Notes: generated by a model not told the origin, from the letters alone. Shown: positions 1 to 15,423, numbered from the stretch's first letter. The stretch: DNA of 53,143 bases from Paraglomus brasilianum (GCA_910592345.1 CAJVPI010000110.1:1-53143); one strand, 5' to 3'. Numbers and translations: made by a program.

Positions 1-159
1 AATATCCGATGTTTGGAAAATTTTCTGGAGACATCCGCTCGAGCTAAAATTTTACATGTGATCAGGCATTGTCATAAACCTTTTTCCTGGAAAATTTAAA
101 GGGTTATTATTATGTACGTTTAGGTAATACAACCGTTCGGATACTTATGTCCGCTTGTG

Positions 160-897
160 TATGTAACTGCCTACGTAATTTTAATACTATATATTAGCCA
201 AGCAAATTTTTGCCTATTAATCTGTTACAGATTGTAAAAACTGGTTTTAAAAATCTCTACCATTTTCGATTCGCATAATGTCTTGCTATAGAATTAACTT
301 CTACACAAAAGAGAAGCATTCCTGTAATTAAAAATTAGACTACGATAATGCGGAAATTGCAAAAGCTGTGGGATGTCATAAACAACGATTACAAGATGCG
401 TCGCTGCTTATGAACTGTGAGCTTTCAAAAAAGATCAACCGACTATGCTTTATGACAGCCAAAAAGATAAATATTGAAAGCTATGGTTCTCAAAAACTAA
501 CAAAAATTTCTAAAACAAATATCTACAAAAACAATTTGCATACCTCGAAAAAAGCTTTTTATTTCGGGCAATAGAAAGAAGACATTGGACTGTGGGGGTA
601 GGGGACAGGAAAAAAAATCTGGGCAGATGGGTCTAGGTTTTCAGTTTCGAAAGCCTAGTTGCAGTTGGGAAATAATAGAAAGAATGTGAAGAAAGTCAGG
701 AAAGAATGCATTTCATCAACAGTAAAACATTCTTCATAAAGGATGTAGCAAGATTCATTATGCGAAAAATCGAAAATGGTAGAGATTTTTAAAACCAGCT
801 TTTACAATCTGTAACAGATTAAATCAAAACAATAGGCAAAAATTCGCTTGGCAATATATAGGCAAATATGATATTAAATTACGTGGGCAGTTACATA
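160..897 (+). mobile_element. Internally deleted Tc1/mariner-type element with long inverted repeats
   Basis: 160-290 and 743-897 are imperfect inverted repeats (tatgtaactgcc...ctaccattttcgatt vs aatcgaaaatggtag...ggcagttacata). The interior has an HTH-like EIAKAVGCHK and a degenerate WADGSRF (Tc1 WSDESRF) at ~620. Confidence 0.75.
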
Positions 898-2880
898 TTA
901 ACAGTTTTATTAAATTGTCTACATTTCGACCGTGCAATACTTTTGATATCCCCCTGTATGTTCAAGAGCTACCTACAAGTTTATATCCAAAACTATTTAA
1001 ATTTTTTTCAAAATTAAACTGGAAAAACAATTACAATTTTTATATTATTTGAAACAAAGGTTTTCATTAATACCAAATTTGTATTCTATGAAATTTTATT
1101 ATGACAGAAATTAAAACTGAAATTGACATCGAAGTTATAAATTTATGACCATTTTGTTTTTATTATAATTTGCATTTCCTCAAAATTTACCAAATAGTGC
1201 AATTAAAATTTTTATCTAAGTTGAAAGCTCTTGTTTTGAAGAAGGTTTTTTGTCAATACCAAATTTAATCAAGATTAAAAATCCTGGATTTGACGACTTG
1301 ATTTCTGGCCTGTTGCACGACAAATATTAAGTGCATACAAGCGACAGAGAGTTCTGTTATCAGCGAATTCTCCGATTAATCGAAATTTCTGTCAGTTTAG
1401 TGAAATGATAGATGCAGTTGTAATATCATTAGCGAACATCATATTCAGCTCATTATCTCAATATTTGCTCTTATCAAATAATATTTGAATTAGAATAGTT
1501 CTCTATATTCTAATAAAAACTCTTGTTTAAATTATTAAAATTATTTCATTTATTCCTTGGTAAAGCTATCTATCGCCGGCAGAAGTGTAAAACACTTGCC
1601 CGCATTGGCGGTAAACGGAGCTTCGACTTCGTAGAAACTTTGACATTACGATTATTATTTAATTCTGATAAACACGTTTAGTTTAGAGAAATTTCCCGAC
1701 TTACAGGCTTTTGAAACTAATTCCATCAAAAAAATAGACTTCAAGGTTAAATAATAATCTAGGGACGGCGTATACAAGATCGACCAAGCATCGCGAGTAT
1801 TTGAAACTAATTTTAAGGTTATTACACAGGTTTTTAACATTAATAGAGTTTAAGTTAGTCAAAGGCCTTGTTTGAAGAGTTAAATCTCAAATTGATATAC
1901 GAATGCTCTCCGAGCGCGCTATGGAGAGATGGTCAAAGAAAGACTGTAAGTATTAATGCAATTATTGCTTCCTTTTTTTTTTTTTACTTATCTTATACAT
2001 ACTGTTCTCGTACAAAGAAAAAAAAGACTCATTCTTTCATAAACGAGAATACGTGAATTATAGCACTGAGCATGTAATGCTATTACTACTTAGTAATAAC
2101 AGGCATTTATAGATAATCTCGTTAGAATGTATTCCCGTCTCTGAGACACAATACACCCAATATCGGCAAGTTTAAAAGATATTTGATCTGGCAATTGCAT
2201 GATAAAGGGGATAACGACAGCCGTAATAGGTTCATCAATCTAATACATTCGTTGTAAAGCTTTCTTTATCGTAGCGGGTCTTACAGCAAAACCAGTTTCC
2301 ATATTGCTACGTTTATAAGCTCCTTCTTCACGACAATCGCTTCAGGAGACTTTCAGAGTAAAATTGCATTTATTATCCTTTCGTCCGAATAGATCGGTTT
2401 TCGTGTATCGGATGTTATGCAGGATTGATCATGTTGATTTGACAATTCGGTTAGATTTTATTTCATCGATAGTTAGATATTTACTTGAGAACAAGAGTTA
2501 AATAACTCTTTTTTGGTTTGAACCATTTAAGACATGAAAAATGCCTGCTCGTGAGCAGGTCTATTTAAAGCTTTTAGAATTGATAATCTCGTTTTTCACA
2601 TACCAAATTTTTAGGGCCACAGCATTTTGTTTGCGAGTCACGATATTTGCTGCAAACATCACCTGATTACGTTATAAAGCATGGTGGATTAAAGCAGTAA
2701 TCTTTTTAATTGAGGACCAAAGGATAGGGGAAGAGCAGATGGTAACACGACGTATTGTTAGAGGCTTTACTTTATTTAGATCATCTTCATTGAGCTATAT
2801 TTAATATTGTGTGTAACCCCTGTAGTTGTATTTATACTTTACATGATTGTAGATTGTACTGGATTATTGAATTCTTAACG

Positions 2881-4079
2881 ATGGCCACCATCCCAAACCA
2901 ATCACACTCCTCTGACATGCAAGTGTTCATAGATCAACTGGGGGGACATGGGAAGCTGTTGCGGAGCAACGATGGATCTGTCTTAATAAAACCAAGTATA
3001 GGGTTTGAAAAAGCATTCTATGAACAAAGCATACTGCAACCTGATTTCGCCGCTTGGCTGCCAAAATACTATGGAAGTCTTCAATTACACCAAGCCCAAG
3101 ATGAAAACCCCACGCTTGCCGTTGGTGTTGATGATATCCTTTGACTAAATATATGTTTGTTTTTTTTCGAATGTAAAATCATTGTATGAATTTCAAACAT
3201 CTTGTCTTTGACTTTGTTTAATCGTTTCGATAGTATACAAGCCATATGTCTCGAGAACATTACACATAACTTTAGTAAGCCCTGTGTGCTTGATCTGAAA
3301 CTCGGGACTCGTCTATACCTCGACACCGAAAGTGATGCAAAGAAACAAAAAATGATTCGAAAGGCCGAGATTTCTACTTCTAAAAATCTTGGGATACGCT
3401 TAGTAGCATTTCGGGTACAATTGCGCACGCAATATCTCTCTATTTCTTTGTTTACGTCAATATTTATGATGGTTTAACGAATTGACACCACGTCACTCGT
3501 TTTCTACATCGTTAGGTCTACAAAGAAGCTACAGACGCTTATATCCTGTATGATCGTGAATATGGTTACACTTTGACTGATGACACTGTTCTTACAGGCT
3601 TTAAGAATTACTTTGACGCTGATATTCCACCGCATTTGCATCAATTGATAATTAAACGTTTTCTTAAAAACCTCACTGATTTTGCAAATGTACTAGAAAA
3701 AACCGAGCTGAGAATGTATAGCGCTTCGTTACTGTTCGTTTATGAGGGTAGTCGTGAAGCGTTAGAGAAAGCTCTTGCCAGAGAGGAGGATGAACTGAAG
3801 AAAAGTCAAGAGGAGGATGAAGATGAAGATGAGGATGAGGATGAGGATGTGGATGTGGATGAGGGTGTGGGTGAGGTGAACGGCAATAGTTATGGGGACG
3901 CCGTAGGCGGAGATGATGATGCGGATGAAGATGCATCATCATGTAAACCGACTGATATGAGAATGATAGACTTTGCTCATTCATATTTTGCCAAAGGAAT
4001 AGGGAAAGATGAAGGATGCTTATTGGGTGTCATGAACACTATCAAGTATTTGACGATGCTGCTTGACGATGAGAAATAG
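2881..4079 (+). CDS. Inositol polyphosphate kinase (IPK family, Arg82/Ipk2/Kcs1-like), 3 exons
   Basis: Motifs QLGGH, PCVLDLKLG (PxxxDxKxG), SASLLFVYEG, MIDFAH. Introns ~3121-3240 (boundaries uncertain) and 3415-3515. Long D/E-rich insert; TAG at 4077-4079. Confidence 0.93.
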
Positions 4080-4724
4080 AAGACTGTTTAATTTGTCAGT
4101 TTAACTTATGCGGGGCATTTCTACAAGAAAGAACAAATAATGATTTCGCGATCCCACACTAGATTATTTATACATGTTAGATTTCAATAAATCTAAAATT
4201 TCAACGCTTGTTGCTTGCAAAGTATCTTCGAAAGACTGGATCAATATCACTATCCCGCAAGCGACTCTTCTGCTACGGGTGTTATCGTTTTACGTAATAT
4301 GAGATAGGAACAATTCATTGAATAAATCCGTCATTTCTATTTCGTTGGCATCACCGTCTGAAGTTGTGGGTCTGCACAAAGTCCGCATGATCTTATCGAT
4401 GCCTGAGAACTTATTGTTAAACGAGCATTAACCCACTTGAGAATAATCAAACATGCAGTCAATTCTATTCTCCGATAAGAAAATGACAGTCCACTTAAAA
4501 TGGTCATTTACACTAACTATTAGAATTTCCTGCTGAGGTTTACAATCGATTCTATAATCCTATATAACATGAGAGTTAAGCACAATAATAATGGGGTTGG
4601 GACAGAATCAGTATAACGATACTATTGCATATCAGGAATTGTGCCTTTCTTAGCAATCAAAATTGTATGTATATATTAGAAACTGTTTCTGTATGGATAG
4701 CTCATTAAATAGCATATTGATCAT

Positions 4725-5060
4725 ATAAGTCTAACGAAATAAGACTAATACTAACGGTCCTTATTCCCATAAATAATCTAGCGGTCTTATTCCCCATTAT
4801 TAAGTCACGAAAAAAGTCTATCGGTCCCCCTCCATTGACAAGTCTAACCATTTCAATAAGTTTAATAAATAGGTTAACAAGTTAAATTGTCCCAACTCTG
4901 TAAGTCTAACTGTCCTCATCAGTCTAACAAAACTAGTATATTAAGAAGTGCTTCTGCGCGGGTTAGCTTATAAATAGCACAAAGTTTAATGAAAATAAGC
5001 CTAACTGTCATAATTTCCTATTATAAGTCTAACCTTAAGTCTAATAAAATTAGTCTGATG
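4725..5060 (+). repeat. Dispersed array of TAAGTCTAAC-like motifs
   Basis: About 10 degenerate copies (ataagtctaac, acaagtctaac, taagtctaac, taagcctaac, ttaagtctaat) in ~330 bp, all in the same orientation. Confidence 0.6.
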
Positions 5061-6399
5061 GGCCTCAGAAAAATCCAAAAATTCAAAACTTATCCCTGCT
5101 TCAAAGCTTTTGTCAGAGCATGGCACCCGCTTTTTAGCCTTCCAATGGAATCGGCTCTTCCACAAGCCTTTCCGGAGTTGCTGCGCGAATATTTGTTGAT
5201 AAATTAATTAATTAAAGGAAAAATGGTATGAGCAAAGTATTAGTATAGCGCGAGCGTTAGAGATAACACCATGATTATGATCAGAAAAACAAGAAGTGAT
5301 AAGAAAATACAATTTGCGAACGTTGTGGTAAAATGTATTTTGGGACAGAACCCTCATTACCTATTACCAGGCATTTGTGTGTCAGACCTCAAAACAAATG
5401 ATGGTGAAAGTCGTCAACTATCTGGTTTCATTTGTCCTGCTATCCTAGGTGCAGTGATAGAATGAACAGTCTTCCTGAATATGAAGCTGAGTCTTATGAA
5501 GTTCAAAACTTCTTACTGTTTTCTGTCACACTGAAAGTTAACTAATTTGGCTAATAACATTTTGATTGTCACAGTTGTAACTCATACAAATTTAAGTTAC
5601 TGTATATCATGCCTTCAAGTTGATTAAGATAGACTTTTACTTTAATATAGGATTATGTTTGTATAAAATAAAATATATGAAGCTAATATTAAGTCCATAT
5701 GGAACCAAAGAATTACAGCACTATTCAAAGTATTTTAAAAAAGGCTCAAAGAGAAAAAATTGCTCTATATGTTTTTAAAGCGATTTAGTGGGTCTTTTAT
5801 CACAGTTACGTGGACCGCTACAGCTGTTTCATATGTTTTTAAAATGAATGACACCAAAATGCTCAAGGAATATCTAGATAATGAAAAATCACTTATGAAA
5901 TTTACCAAGAAGAAGAAAGGAAAATTATAATTAATAAACGAGCATTAACACCAACTTATGATGAACCAAGAAAGAAACGAAAACTTGAAGAAACATAAAA
6001 GCTTCTCCACTGATCAACACTGAAAGATCATTCCTTATAGTCGCCGATTTGTTATTGGTAAAAGACTGCTTGAGCACATTCATTGAGCCTGGATTTCGCG
6101 TTTCACTACTTTGATACAATTGTAACAATGTCAAATAACGTGACAATTATTTGATTTTTGTAAAGTAAATTTTATCCTAATATTCCTCTTCTGCCATTCA
6201 CTCACAACTTGGCTTATTTTACTAACCAATATAACTTATTCACTTGCTTGCATCGCTGCTTGTACTGCTGTGACGATGCGTTGGTGTTACTGCCCGTCGG
6301 AGAAATGCAGAAATTTAGGAGAGAATACGTCACCGTTTATCACTAAAAGAAAATGTTGATACTTTTGCATACCATTCAATTTTTTAAAGAAAATCAATT

Positions 6400-7650
6400 A
6401 AGATCTAAGTACTGAAAACCTTTTCCATCGTCATAACACTGAGCTTTATTTAATCCAGCTGTACTCGATTTTTTTCACATCTTTAACAATATGTCTATAC
6501 AGTCGTTTTGCACTTGAATTTAGTACCATAAAATTTAATTCGATACTTTCATAATAACCACACAAATTACCAAATACAGGTAAAATCAAATGGTAGTATT
6601 ATTATTATTCTGTCCTCCCGCATTATCGCAAGTAATCTTTAGACGTTTTTCGCCCTTATTCAATCTCTTAATCCCATGGAATACTATGCTCAATGTGCCA
6701 TTAGATAATTTCGTCGTCTTCACCAAGAACGTAATTAATTTGTTCGCGTACTGCTTCATCCTTAATACCAACTTTACGTGCACTGAGATAATAGATCTTA
6801 CTTACCTGTTGATCGGAATGAGGAACGTGAACGTTTTGTGCTCAAACGTAACTGTAATGAGCAGTAGCGTCAATACTACAATAATAGACTCCTTTCGTCA
6901 TAAAATGCTCATCTACTGATTTTCTTTGTTGCTCTGCTAACTTCGTGTTTTTGTTGTAACGAAGTCCCTGAATAAGAGCTATAATGTAAGAAATGTGAAC
7001 TGAGACGTTATTCTCCTGAAATATTTCTTTTCGAAGTGTCTTTAAGAAAAATAGGAGCTTGCATACCGTTTCTGAGATATCAAGAAAAAACCAGTATTTA
7101 ATATCAAATTGAGTAACTCCATTCATTAACGATCCAATAAAAGCAAGGCCCTCTCTTGTAATGAATGGCTCGCACCCCGAGTCGCGAAGACCAGTTACAC
7201 TGCATAGTAATAGTACGACGTCTTACTCGCACGGCGACACTCAACATCAGACAAAAATCTTTCGAGTCGCTAAATTCCTGACGATTTTTCCCATAATAAT
7301 AAAGAATTGCGTCCTGTGCATCGGTATGGCGGTTTTTCTTTTGTTAGATGGACACAATGCAACAATCATTTACACTTGTCAGTCGAGTAACAACATGTCT
7401 ATTTATGGAATTTAAGAATGCTACGAATATGTACTCTATTAGGGTAATTATAACAGTGTCAGAAATCACCTGTTCCCTGCTTGCATTCTCAACAAATTTA
7501 GAAAAAGCGTAACTATGCTTCTTTCGTGAGAAGCCGGCATCGTAACAAATGATTTTTTTTGCTCCAATTATCGAGCCCCCATGGAATACTTCATTTGACT
7601 GATCTCGTGGAAATCGTGAATTTCCTGATTGTTGCCTAACAGCATACAAA
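6400..7650 (-). mobile_element. Degenerate Sola-like DDD transposase remnant
   Basis: Minus-strand fragments HYSYV*AQNVHVPHSDQQVSKIYYLSARK, QINYVLGE, NGTLSIVFHGI, LKITCDNAGGQNNNN, with frameshifts and stops. Element ends not identified. Confidence 0.7.
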
Positions 7651-7960
7651 TCGGGAACCCATTTTCTGCAAGATGTGAATTCTTTATGTTTTCAGACATC
7701 GATTTTCTGAATTATGTTTTCGTATCAAGCACGGACAATACCGGTAAAAGTTCGACAAGGCGAGTTTTCAGCATACATGGTTCAACCTGGGAGATTGCCA
7801 ATGCGATATCAATGCATACACGCATGTCTTGTCTTGCGTTGACAAAATCTCCATCACAAGTAAACGACATAGGTAATAACGAGACACAACCGTGTAACGG
7901 AGTTAATACTCGCCCAAACGATCGTATTATTACAGTAATAAATAAGCAGACTTCGTTGAT

Positions 7961-7984
7961 TATGATGATGATGATGATGATGAT
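7961..7984. repeat. (ATG)n microsatellite
   Basis: tatgatgatgatgatgatgatgat. Confidence 0.9.
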
Positions 7985-8439
7985 TTGTGCACCTAAAAAG
8001 GTGGCAGAATACATTTTAAAATAAACATTCGAATAGAAAGTGTCCTAGACTTGTGTTATCAGTCATTATCACGTGTATTTCCGTCTACTCAACTCTATAA
8101 ATTGTGACTGCTAAGATGGAGGGAGAATGTACAGATTCAAAAGGGAGATTTGTTCGATTAAACTATTCTACTTCTACTTAATAATAACGAAATCACAATA
8201 ATCACATTAATTATGAATTTGATCATGCAGATCCGCTCGATTGTTGGCGCCAATCGTTGTTAAACGACTGAGTCCTTTAGTAATGTTTCAGGCGACGCTC
8301 GATCCTTTCTAATCTTTCTCGAGTGATGAAGGCAAAAGGTAAGGGGGAGTCAAAAAGTAGTAGCCACTCGCGTGCGAAACGGAAAGAACCAAAAGTTTGT
8401 TGTTTTTTTTTGTTTGATTGAAAAAAACGTAAAACTATA

Positions 8440-10730
8440 TTAACACGTACTGCATGTGATTACTCCAATTAATTTTTGCCAGATACTACGTCTTCGGTGA
8501 GAATTTGTATCGGCACCATTGTTTCCTTGTGTATTAGGGTTATTTGCACCATTGCCGCCATTCATTCCAGTTCGGGCCGTGTACGGACCATTCATATCGT
8601 CGACGATTCCAGAGTTCAGGATGGCACTGTTGTGTTTCTGTGCTTTTGTTGCATTACGCTGTGATTTCGAATGGATTAATGCGTTGGATTGACTGTTTGG
8701 CAGCGGATTACGGTTCATAGACGGTCCGCGAGCTATAGCAGGTCGGTGAAGGCGTGGGTCGGATGATCCGTGATGATGATGATGGTGGTGAAGATGGGAA
8801 GAATTGTGGCCAGCGTTTGAGCTATATTGCTGAGAAGAGCCGTGTATTGTTACGCGCGTGTTAGTTTCAGGATTCATTGCACCGTCATCTTTCCGCTATG
8901 TTTTTATTTTATGCGGAAACAAACCAAAAGGGAAAGATGATTTCGAACGACAGATGTATAAAAAAAAATGAGACATGCAGAGGAAACCTGTCGTCGTATA
9001 TCAAACGAACGACATCATACTGTCTCTAACGATTGCCCTGAAAACATAAAGGTATCCACTTACCACGCTAGCTTCCCAGCCCTTCCCTCCATTTAATAGC
9101 ATCCAATCATAGATACCATCTTCAACTTCATTTTTGTTCTTTAGAACTTTGGTGAACAACTCTCGCAAAAACTCGTAATCAGGATTTTCTTCAAAACCCA
9201 GCCTACGAACATAACTAAGGTAAATCCCGAATTCTTCTGTTTGCAATTGGATGAATATGATACAGATTATCAGTATAGAATATCGCATTTTCGTAACAGA
9301 GTGAAGAATAGTTTGCAAGTTTTTAAAAAGGTAACTTACCTGGGAAACCGTCACAAAGTTCTTTAATTGATGTTGATTGTTTCTTCTCACCAATCTTTTC
9401 GTATTTCTGTTTATTTGTGGCGGCTTTAAGACCTTGCCATGGTAATCCGCCTCTCAGGAAATACATGAATACATGTCCGAGTGCTTCCAAGTCATCTCGG
9501 CGTGATTGTTCTGAAAGACGATGACAAGGTGAATAAGCCTAGCCTACAGCTTGTTCGAATATCCAATTTACACATGTTGTTCTGCATACCTCGACCCAAA
9601 TGAGTATTGATACTCATATATCTTGCCGTACCACTGAGACTTTTTCTTTCTCGATAAGGAATGTGTTGTTTTGTCCTTGGGTCTCTATATTGTTTTGCCA
9701 TACCGAAATCGACTACGTGTACAACGTTTGCAGCTTTTGTGCCCGGACGCCCGATTAAGAAATTATCTGGTTTGATATCGCGATATATAAGATTCTTCTC
9801 GTGAATTGTTTGCACGCGCGTAAGCTGAAAATACCAAGCAAGGTGCATACATAATAATCCACATAAAGCACGAGAGAGAGAGAGCATATGAAAGTGATTG
9901 ACAGTAAGCAAAGGTAGTAAGAATCGACTTAAGATACCAATTTGATATCACCATACCATTTGTTTGGCTACCATGACAACTGTTTTGATACTAAACTTTC
10001 TTCCGCACATGTCAAATAAATCTTCTAAACTTGGACCTAGTAAGTCCACTGCCAAAACATTGTGAAGACCTTCTTGTCCGAAATAATAGACGTTCGGTAT
10101 ACCGACTAGGAAAAGTAAAGGAACGGTTAGAAAAAGCTCGGGTCTCTTGACTGCATTGTTTACAACGTAGAGAGGATACTCACGACTTCCGGCCAGAATT
10201 TTATATGTTCTATATTCATCACGGAGTTGTGGTGCGTCACTTTTGCGAGGTTCCTGAAATAGAATGAGAGTTAGAAAGTTATACAATAATCTCGGAGCAA
10301 GAAGACTTGAAATAACGAAACTCGACATACAAATTTAATGGCGACTTGTTGATTACTTAGAAGGTTTGTTCCTAATGTATATTGAAGAATAATATAAACA
10401 AGTAGACAATCGATGAAATGATGTGGGAGAAGCAAACATATATGGAACTATTGGAATAACTAACTCTAGATCCTAGCTAGCGTGTTTAGAGGCAGGACCT
10501 GATCACTCGGAAAGATGTCTTGAGAAGATAAGACACATATATTTGGAGAAAAGGAAGAAAAAAAGAAAAAAGCCAGTATGAGAAACCTTACCCTCAAAGA
10601 TAACACCAAAGCTGCCTTCACCAATCTTCTTTCCGACTCTGTAATGTACCCCGACAACGTTTGACGAATGTAAACTAAGGGAGCTGTTCCCTAGGTTGTT
10701 TGACATGTGGTGGTGGTGATTTGCAGCCAT
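8440..10730 (-). CDS. Casein kinase I (CK1-gamma/Yck1-Yck2/Cki1 type), multi-exon
   Basis: [45 protein letters not shown] spread over GT-AG exons. His/Asn-rich tail ends ITCSTC* (C-terminal cysteines typical of membrane-anchored CK1). Confidence 0.96.
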
Positions 10731-13700
10731 CTGGAATTTGTGTGAGTATGGAATTTAGTTTTCTTTGGCGCAAGGAAGAAAAAACATGAGACCTCTTCTC
10801 GTTGTGCTTGCCATATATGGAGCTATTGCTCCCAATCGACCATTCTCACCTAGCGAGAATGTCACACGCAAACAATTCATAATGTTGTACTCCGGTGATG
10901 ATCAAACGAATCATATCATCAAGTGGAATCTACAATCACTAGTGGTGTAGTAAGCATTAAATATTCTGTACTAAGAATTGGTTGGATTAACTCGTCATTT
11001 GTACGTATAACCGAGTTACTGAGTTTTAATAAGGTAACAAATGAAGTCTGGGCTGTCCTTCTTTTTTTGTGTTCTGATTGTGGGATTTTAGATGCCGGCT
11101 TTTACTGATGTCGAAAATGTGGAAAGTATGAAAGCCGAGCTAACTCGTTATGGAAAAGGAAGGAATTCAACGGCGGAGTTGGAACAGGTAAGTCGCAAGC
11201 AATAGGGAGAGTGTGATGCACGCTTATTATGTTCGGTTGTCTCCATAGACGATATCTGCGCTTGTACGTCGGATATGGCGCACATTTCACCCTGCATTAA
11301 ATCAGCGTGTATGTTCTCGTATCGTCTTGGTAATGTGGCTTCTCCGGAATAAAAATAAATATGTACACGTGATTCATATCATTATCATCACATCGTTGTA
11401 ATCACATCGTTGTATCATCATCATAATCAGCATCAAAATAATTTAAACCTAAATGTTAAAGTTTATTCCGTAATCTCGTTAAATTTAAACTCTAACATGC
11501 CGAGGTTCTGTTAAAAGTGCACATCATCTAGTCGTATGAGAATCACACTCGATAAACAAAGAACCGTTTATTATTATCAATTCCGTAACACAAGATCTTG
11601 ATGAAGTCATTATCAAGTGTTTAGAAGCAGCCAACCCTCAAACTGCATCTGGTATGCTTCGTCGATAATCTTCTCAAGGACACCATCCCAATGATACATA
11701 CGTACATACATCATACATACTTATACATATTCAGCTGCACATTGGCTTTGTTCCTAAATTAAGTTTTTTACTGTATTCGTACTGCCAGGCTTTCTTAATA
11801 AATTTACTTTTTAGGAACTATTATGATCCTTCGAAAACCAACTTTTAGGGGGGGTGTGTATAGTGTGTATATGCATAGTAATAGGGAGTTTTTTGTCTTT
11901 CCATAAGTAATTAAGAGCGACCAATAGGCCGAACGACCAATCGTTTCGTGTCACTGGACAGCGATCTCTTAGCACCATTACCAGGGTCCTGTGTACCCAT
12001 GAAACTTCTTATACGGCCCAATGGGAATAATGACTTTTAAAAAGCATCGTCCAACTATTATTCGATCGGTTTATCCTCAACAATGATGGCAGCTTGTTTT
12101 AAAATTAGCCGAATGGCTAGCTCATCTGTGCATTCTCGCTCGAAATCAAATATTTACTTCTTTGATAAATTCTCTCAATAATTGTTGTTTTGTGATAATA
12201 CTGTGAGATTACAAGTTAGTATGACTTCGCATGCATGATTGTACTAAGTATATGTCATGATAGATCAGAGGTGCTCAGGTTACATAATATGAACTGTGTA
12301 ATAAAAGGAAGTGCGGGCTAGTATACATTCTGGTCGGTGGGGAAAAGATGGTCTACTTGTCAGAAGAAGAGGATATTAATATTTGAGAAGAATGAAGAAT
12401 AGGTTATACCATGGCCAAAGGCACAATATGCATAGGCATGCCAAACGAGTTGGTAGAGTAGACAACTTATTGTTATGTTTTTGGAGCTGTTAAGAGCAAA
12501 AGAGATGGTATGGACGAGAGAGGCAACAGATGTAATGACTGTCCAAGTAGGAGTTAGATAATTAATGCGTTGATGCACCATGGCCCATTTTAATGTACCA
12601 CCTGAAAGTAAAGATCGCGAATATTTTATTCGGGTAACACAGTTTACTGGCGCTTTTGACGTCCGCTTCTATTATATATCCGGTTAAGTCTCCTTTTACA
12701 GAACGTCGAAGAAGTACCATAGTCACAATGAGATTTCGAGGTCTTTATTTAGGCGCACCCATATTCACAATGATTATTACTAAGTAAAGCTATAGCGATC
12801 CTCATTGTCACTAGCATGTGACCTGGGTATGTATTGGTTATATCTGGCCAGAGATAACTATTAATAGATTAATCGCAAATACAGTCCTACCTCAGGACGG
12901 GTTTCCCTTTATTTTAATTCCATATAAATCGGATCCCAATTTTCCATTCCCGACCTTATAGTATCATGCTATTTCTATATACAGTATTGATATGAATATG
13001 TGTGATAGAAATATGTCGATCATTTGCTTCATTGGTTATGAATCAGGCCACAAATCATCAGGCATAAATCGGGCCACATAATAAATAGACTTGGTATCGT
13101 AGATAGGTTAACAACGGAAGAGTATGTTCAGATAGATAATAATTTGGTCAGCGCAGAAAATGATATAAGATATAGTAGAAAGGTCGAAACGTCAAATGTC
13201 ACTGATAGAATTTATTAACCAATAAAATTGCTTACTTTAGATGTCCCACTTCTGAAAAAGCTTGGGTAGATAGGAGTGTAGAGAAGAGAAGATTAGAACT
13301 TATTTTTATTCCATATTTTGATCAAATATTTACTGGCATGCCATGGACATGCCCTAAGACCTATCCATTGACGTCTGCTAGACGTTTCATAGACATGTTG
13401 AATCGTCGAGATGATATAAACAATGTAACAATCCTAATTCGCATCGTATAGCTAATTACTTTAGGTAATAAGTCGGTTACGTCTAATTCTACTAATTGAG
13501 TGTAACATTGGTAAAAGTTTATTGTACAAAATCCAGTAGAAGTCAAAACTCGCGTAACACTTTTACTTCATTATGTGATACATAACGTCTGCGTTAATTA
13601 TTACGCAACTGTTGAAATTACTACAAAGGGTCGTTTCATCATTAAATGGATCCAGTCACAACGACACACAAAATAATGACATCAATTACGAATAATAATT

Positions 13701-15423
13701 TTTACTTTACAATGTTAATATAAGGTGAATCCGTTAAAATGGACTTAGTTATATGGGTTCGAATTGAGAACTGGTCGCCATTCAGAAGCTGTAAACGGAG
13801 AATAGGGAAAGGCCCGAACATTGCAATTATTGACAAAAGAGCTAAAATTGTAATAGGAGAGACGAATTCGGTATGCCTTTACGAGTAAACGCAACTATGG
13901 GTCCTTCTTTGCCCGGCTTAATTCCCGTAAATGTCTTTGATACTCTTTAAAATTTTCTTGACACGTTAATATTAACTGTGCTACAATTAATCAAGCGCAT
14001 TGCTCCACTATAAATTTATCCCGAATGGTTTCTATATAAATACACTATTTTAATTAGAAGGAAAAACGCTTTTAACATACTTCCACAGACTATAAAGAGA
14101 GTCATGTGTAACTCATCTTAGAAGTTTCGAGGCGTTGTATCACTTGCGCTAGAAAAGATTAAGACAGAACTACCAAATTAATTGGGCATTGATGTTTGAA
14201 CCAAGGCTGTTGATACTGATAATAGTAATAATGTGGCATTTTATATCATTGCTATATTAACTAACTTCACCTCTTGGTCTTCTAACCTAATTTATCTTAC
14301 ACGGACAGCCTTTGCATCATAACAGTTGGTCAATATGAATATGGCACATAACATTTTGATGGCTGTCACGTCTGACACATTGAATATTTTTGTATTAACT
14401 CTGTCCCATGCATTTATCCCTATTATGCGGTACTTTTGCACTAATATTATCTTTCCAACTTTTGTTTTCTAATCCAAACGCAGAGATTAAATTAACAAAC
14501 TGAAACTGTTATAGTTAAAAATTCTACATGTAAAGATTCGTGAGTGAAACAAAACAATCCCCATTGTATGTGTAACTAATTCTCAACGCGGGCTTGTAAC
14601 AGCCGTAATTTATGTTTCATAATTCTAATCAACGTCTAGAGTAATTGCATGGGGAAAATATTCGGGTTCCAAAGCCGTTAGTGAGTATAATTTATATCTT
14701 TGGTCACTCTGGTGCAAATTTAATATTCACTTCTTCTTTATAATAATAGTAATAATTGTTACCACTGTTATTAAAAGTTCAAAGCTAATTGGCAAGGGAA
14801 AGCCTGTTCTAATTCCATAATACGAACGTTTTACTCGCAAAGAACAAACCAATACCAATGGGAAAAGACCGCCGGGGTGTTTCAGTGTCGGGTTAATGAA
14901 GGAAATACAAAATGTGAAGACGGTAAGCGAAATAAAAAACCGATATCTGGCGAGTAAAATTTGTATGTTGACGGCTTTGTAACTCTCTAGACTTTATCGT
15001 CTTGATTAATGCTGTAGTTTTATGGAGTATGCCATTTAGAACACACCCAAAAGAAATTCAGTCGGAAGTAGGCAATGTTTGGAGAACGTTTGTTGATGGA
15101 GGTTTTCAAATTAAGTTTTACTTTATCGCGTTCAATGTAAATTGACACTGACTCACGGTTTATCGACCCCATCAATTATTATTGGTTTGACTGTATTGTT
15201 TATCGAAACTAGAATATTACTAGGCAAAACTAATGATTAATGTCGGAAGACCTCTCGATTTTAAAAAAAGTGCGCAACAAACAAAGTCCATCAAAAAATT
15301 TATTTAGAATGTGTGGCACGGCTGTGGCGTCATAAAAATTTTGAACTGCAATTCTTCCCATTTACTTAAAATTTCAAACCGGGAACAGTACATTCGCGAA
15401 GATCAGACATAATCGTGCCGATT

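Noticed and set aside
3673..3984. His/Pro-rich minus-strand ORF
   Set aside because: Antisense shadow of the D/E repeat in the IPK gene.
4915..4925. Minus-strand CTGATGAGG
   Set aside because: No downstream GAAA or stem III; it is part of the motif array.
12360..12581. 73-aa ORF
   Set aside because: No recognisable motif or splice context.
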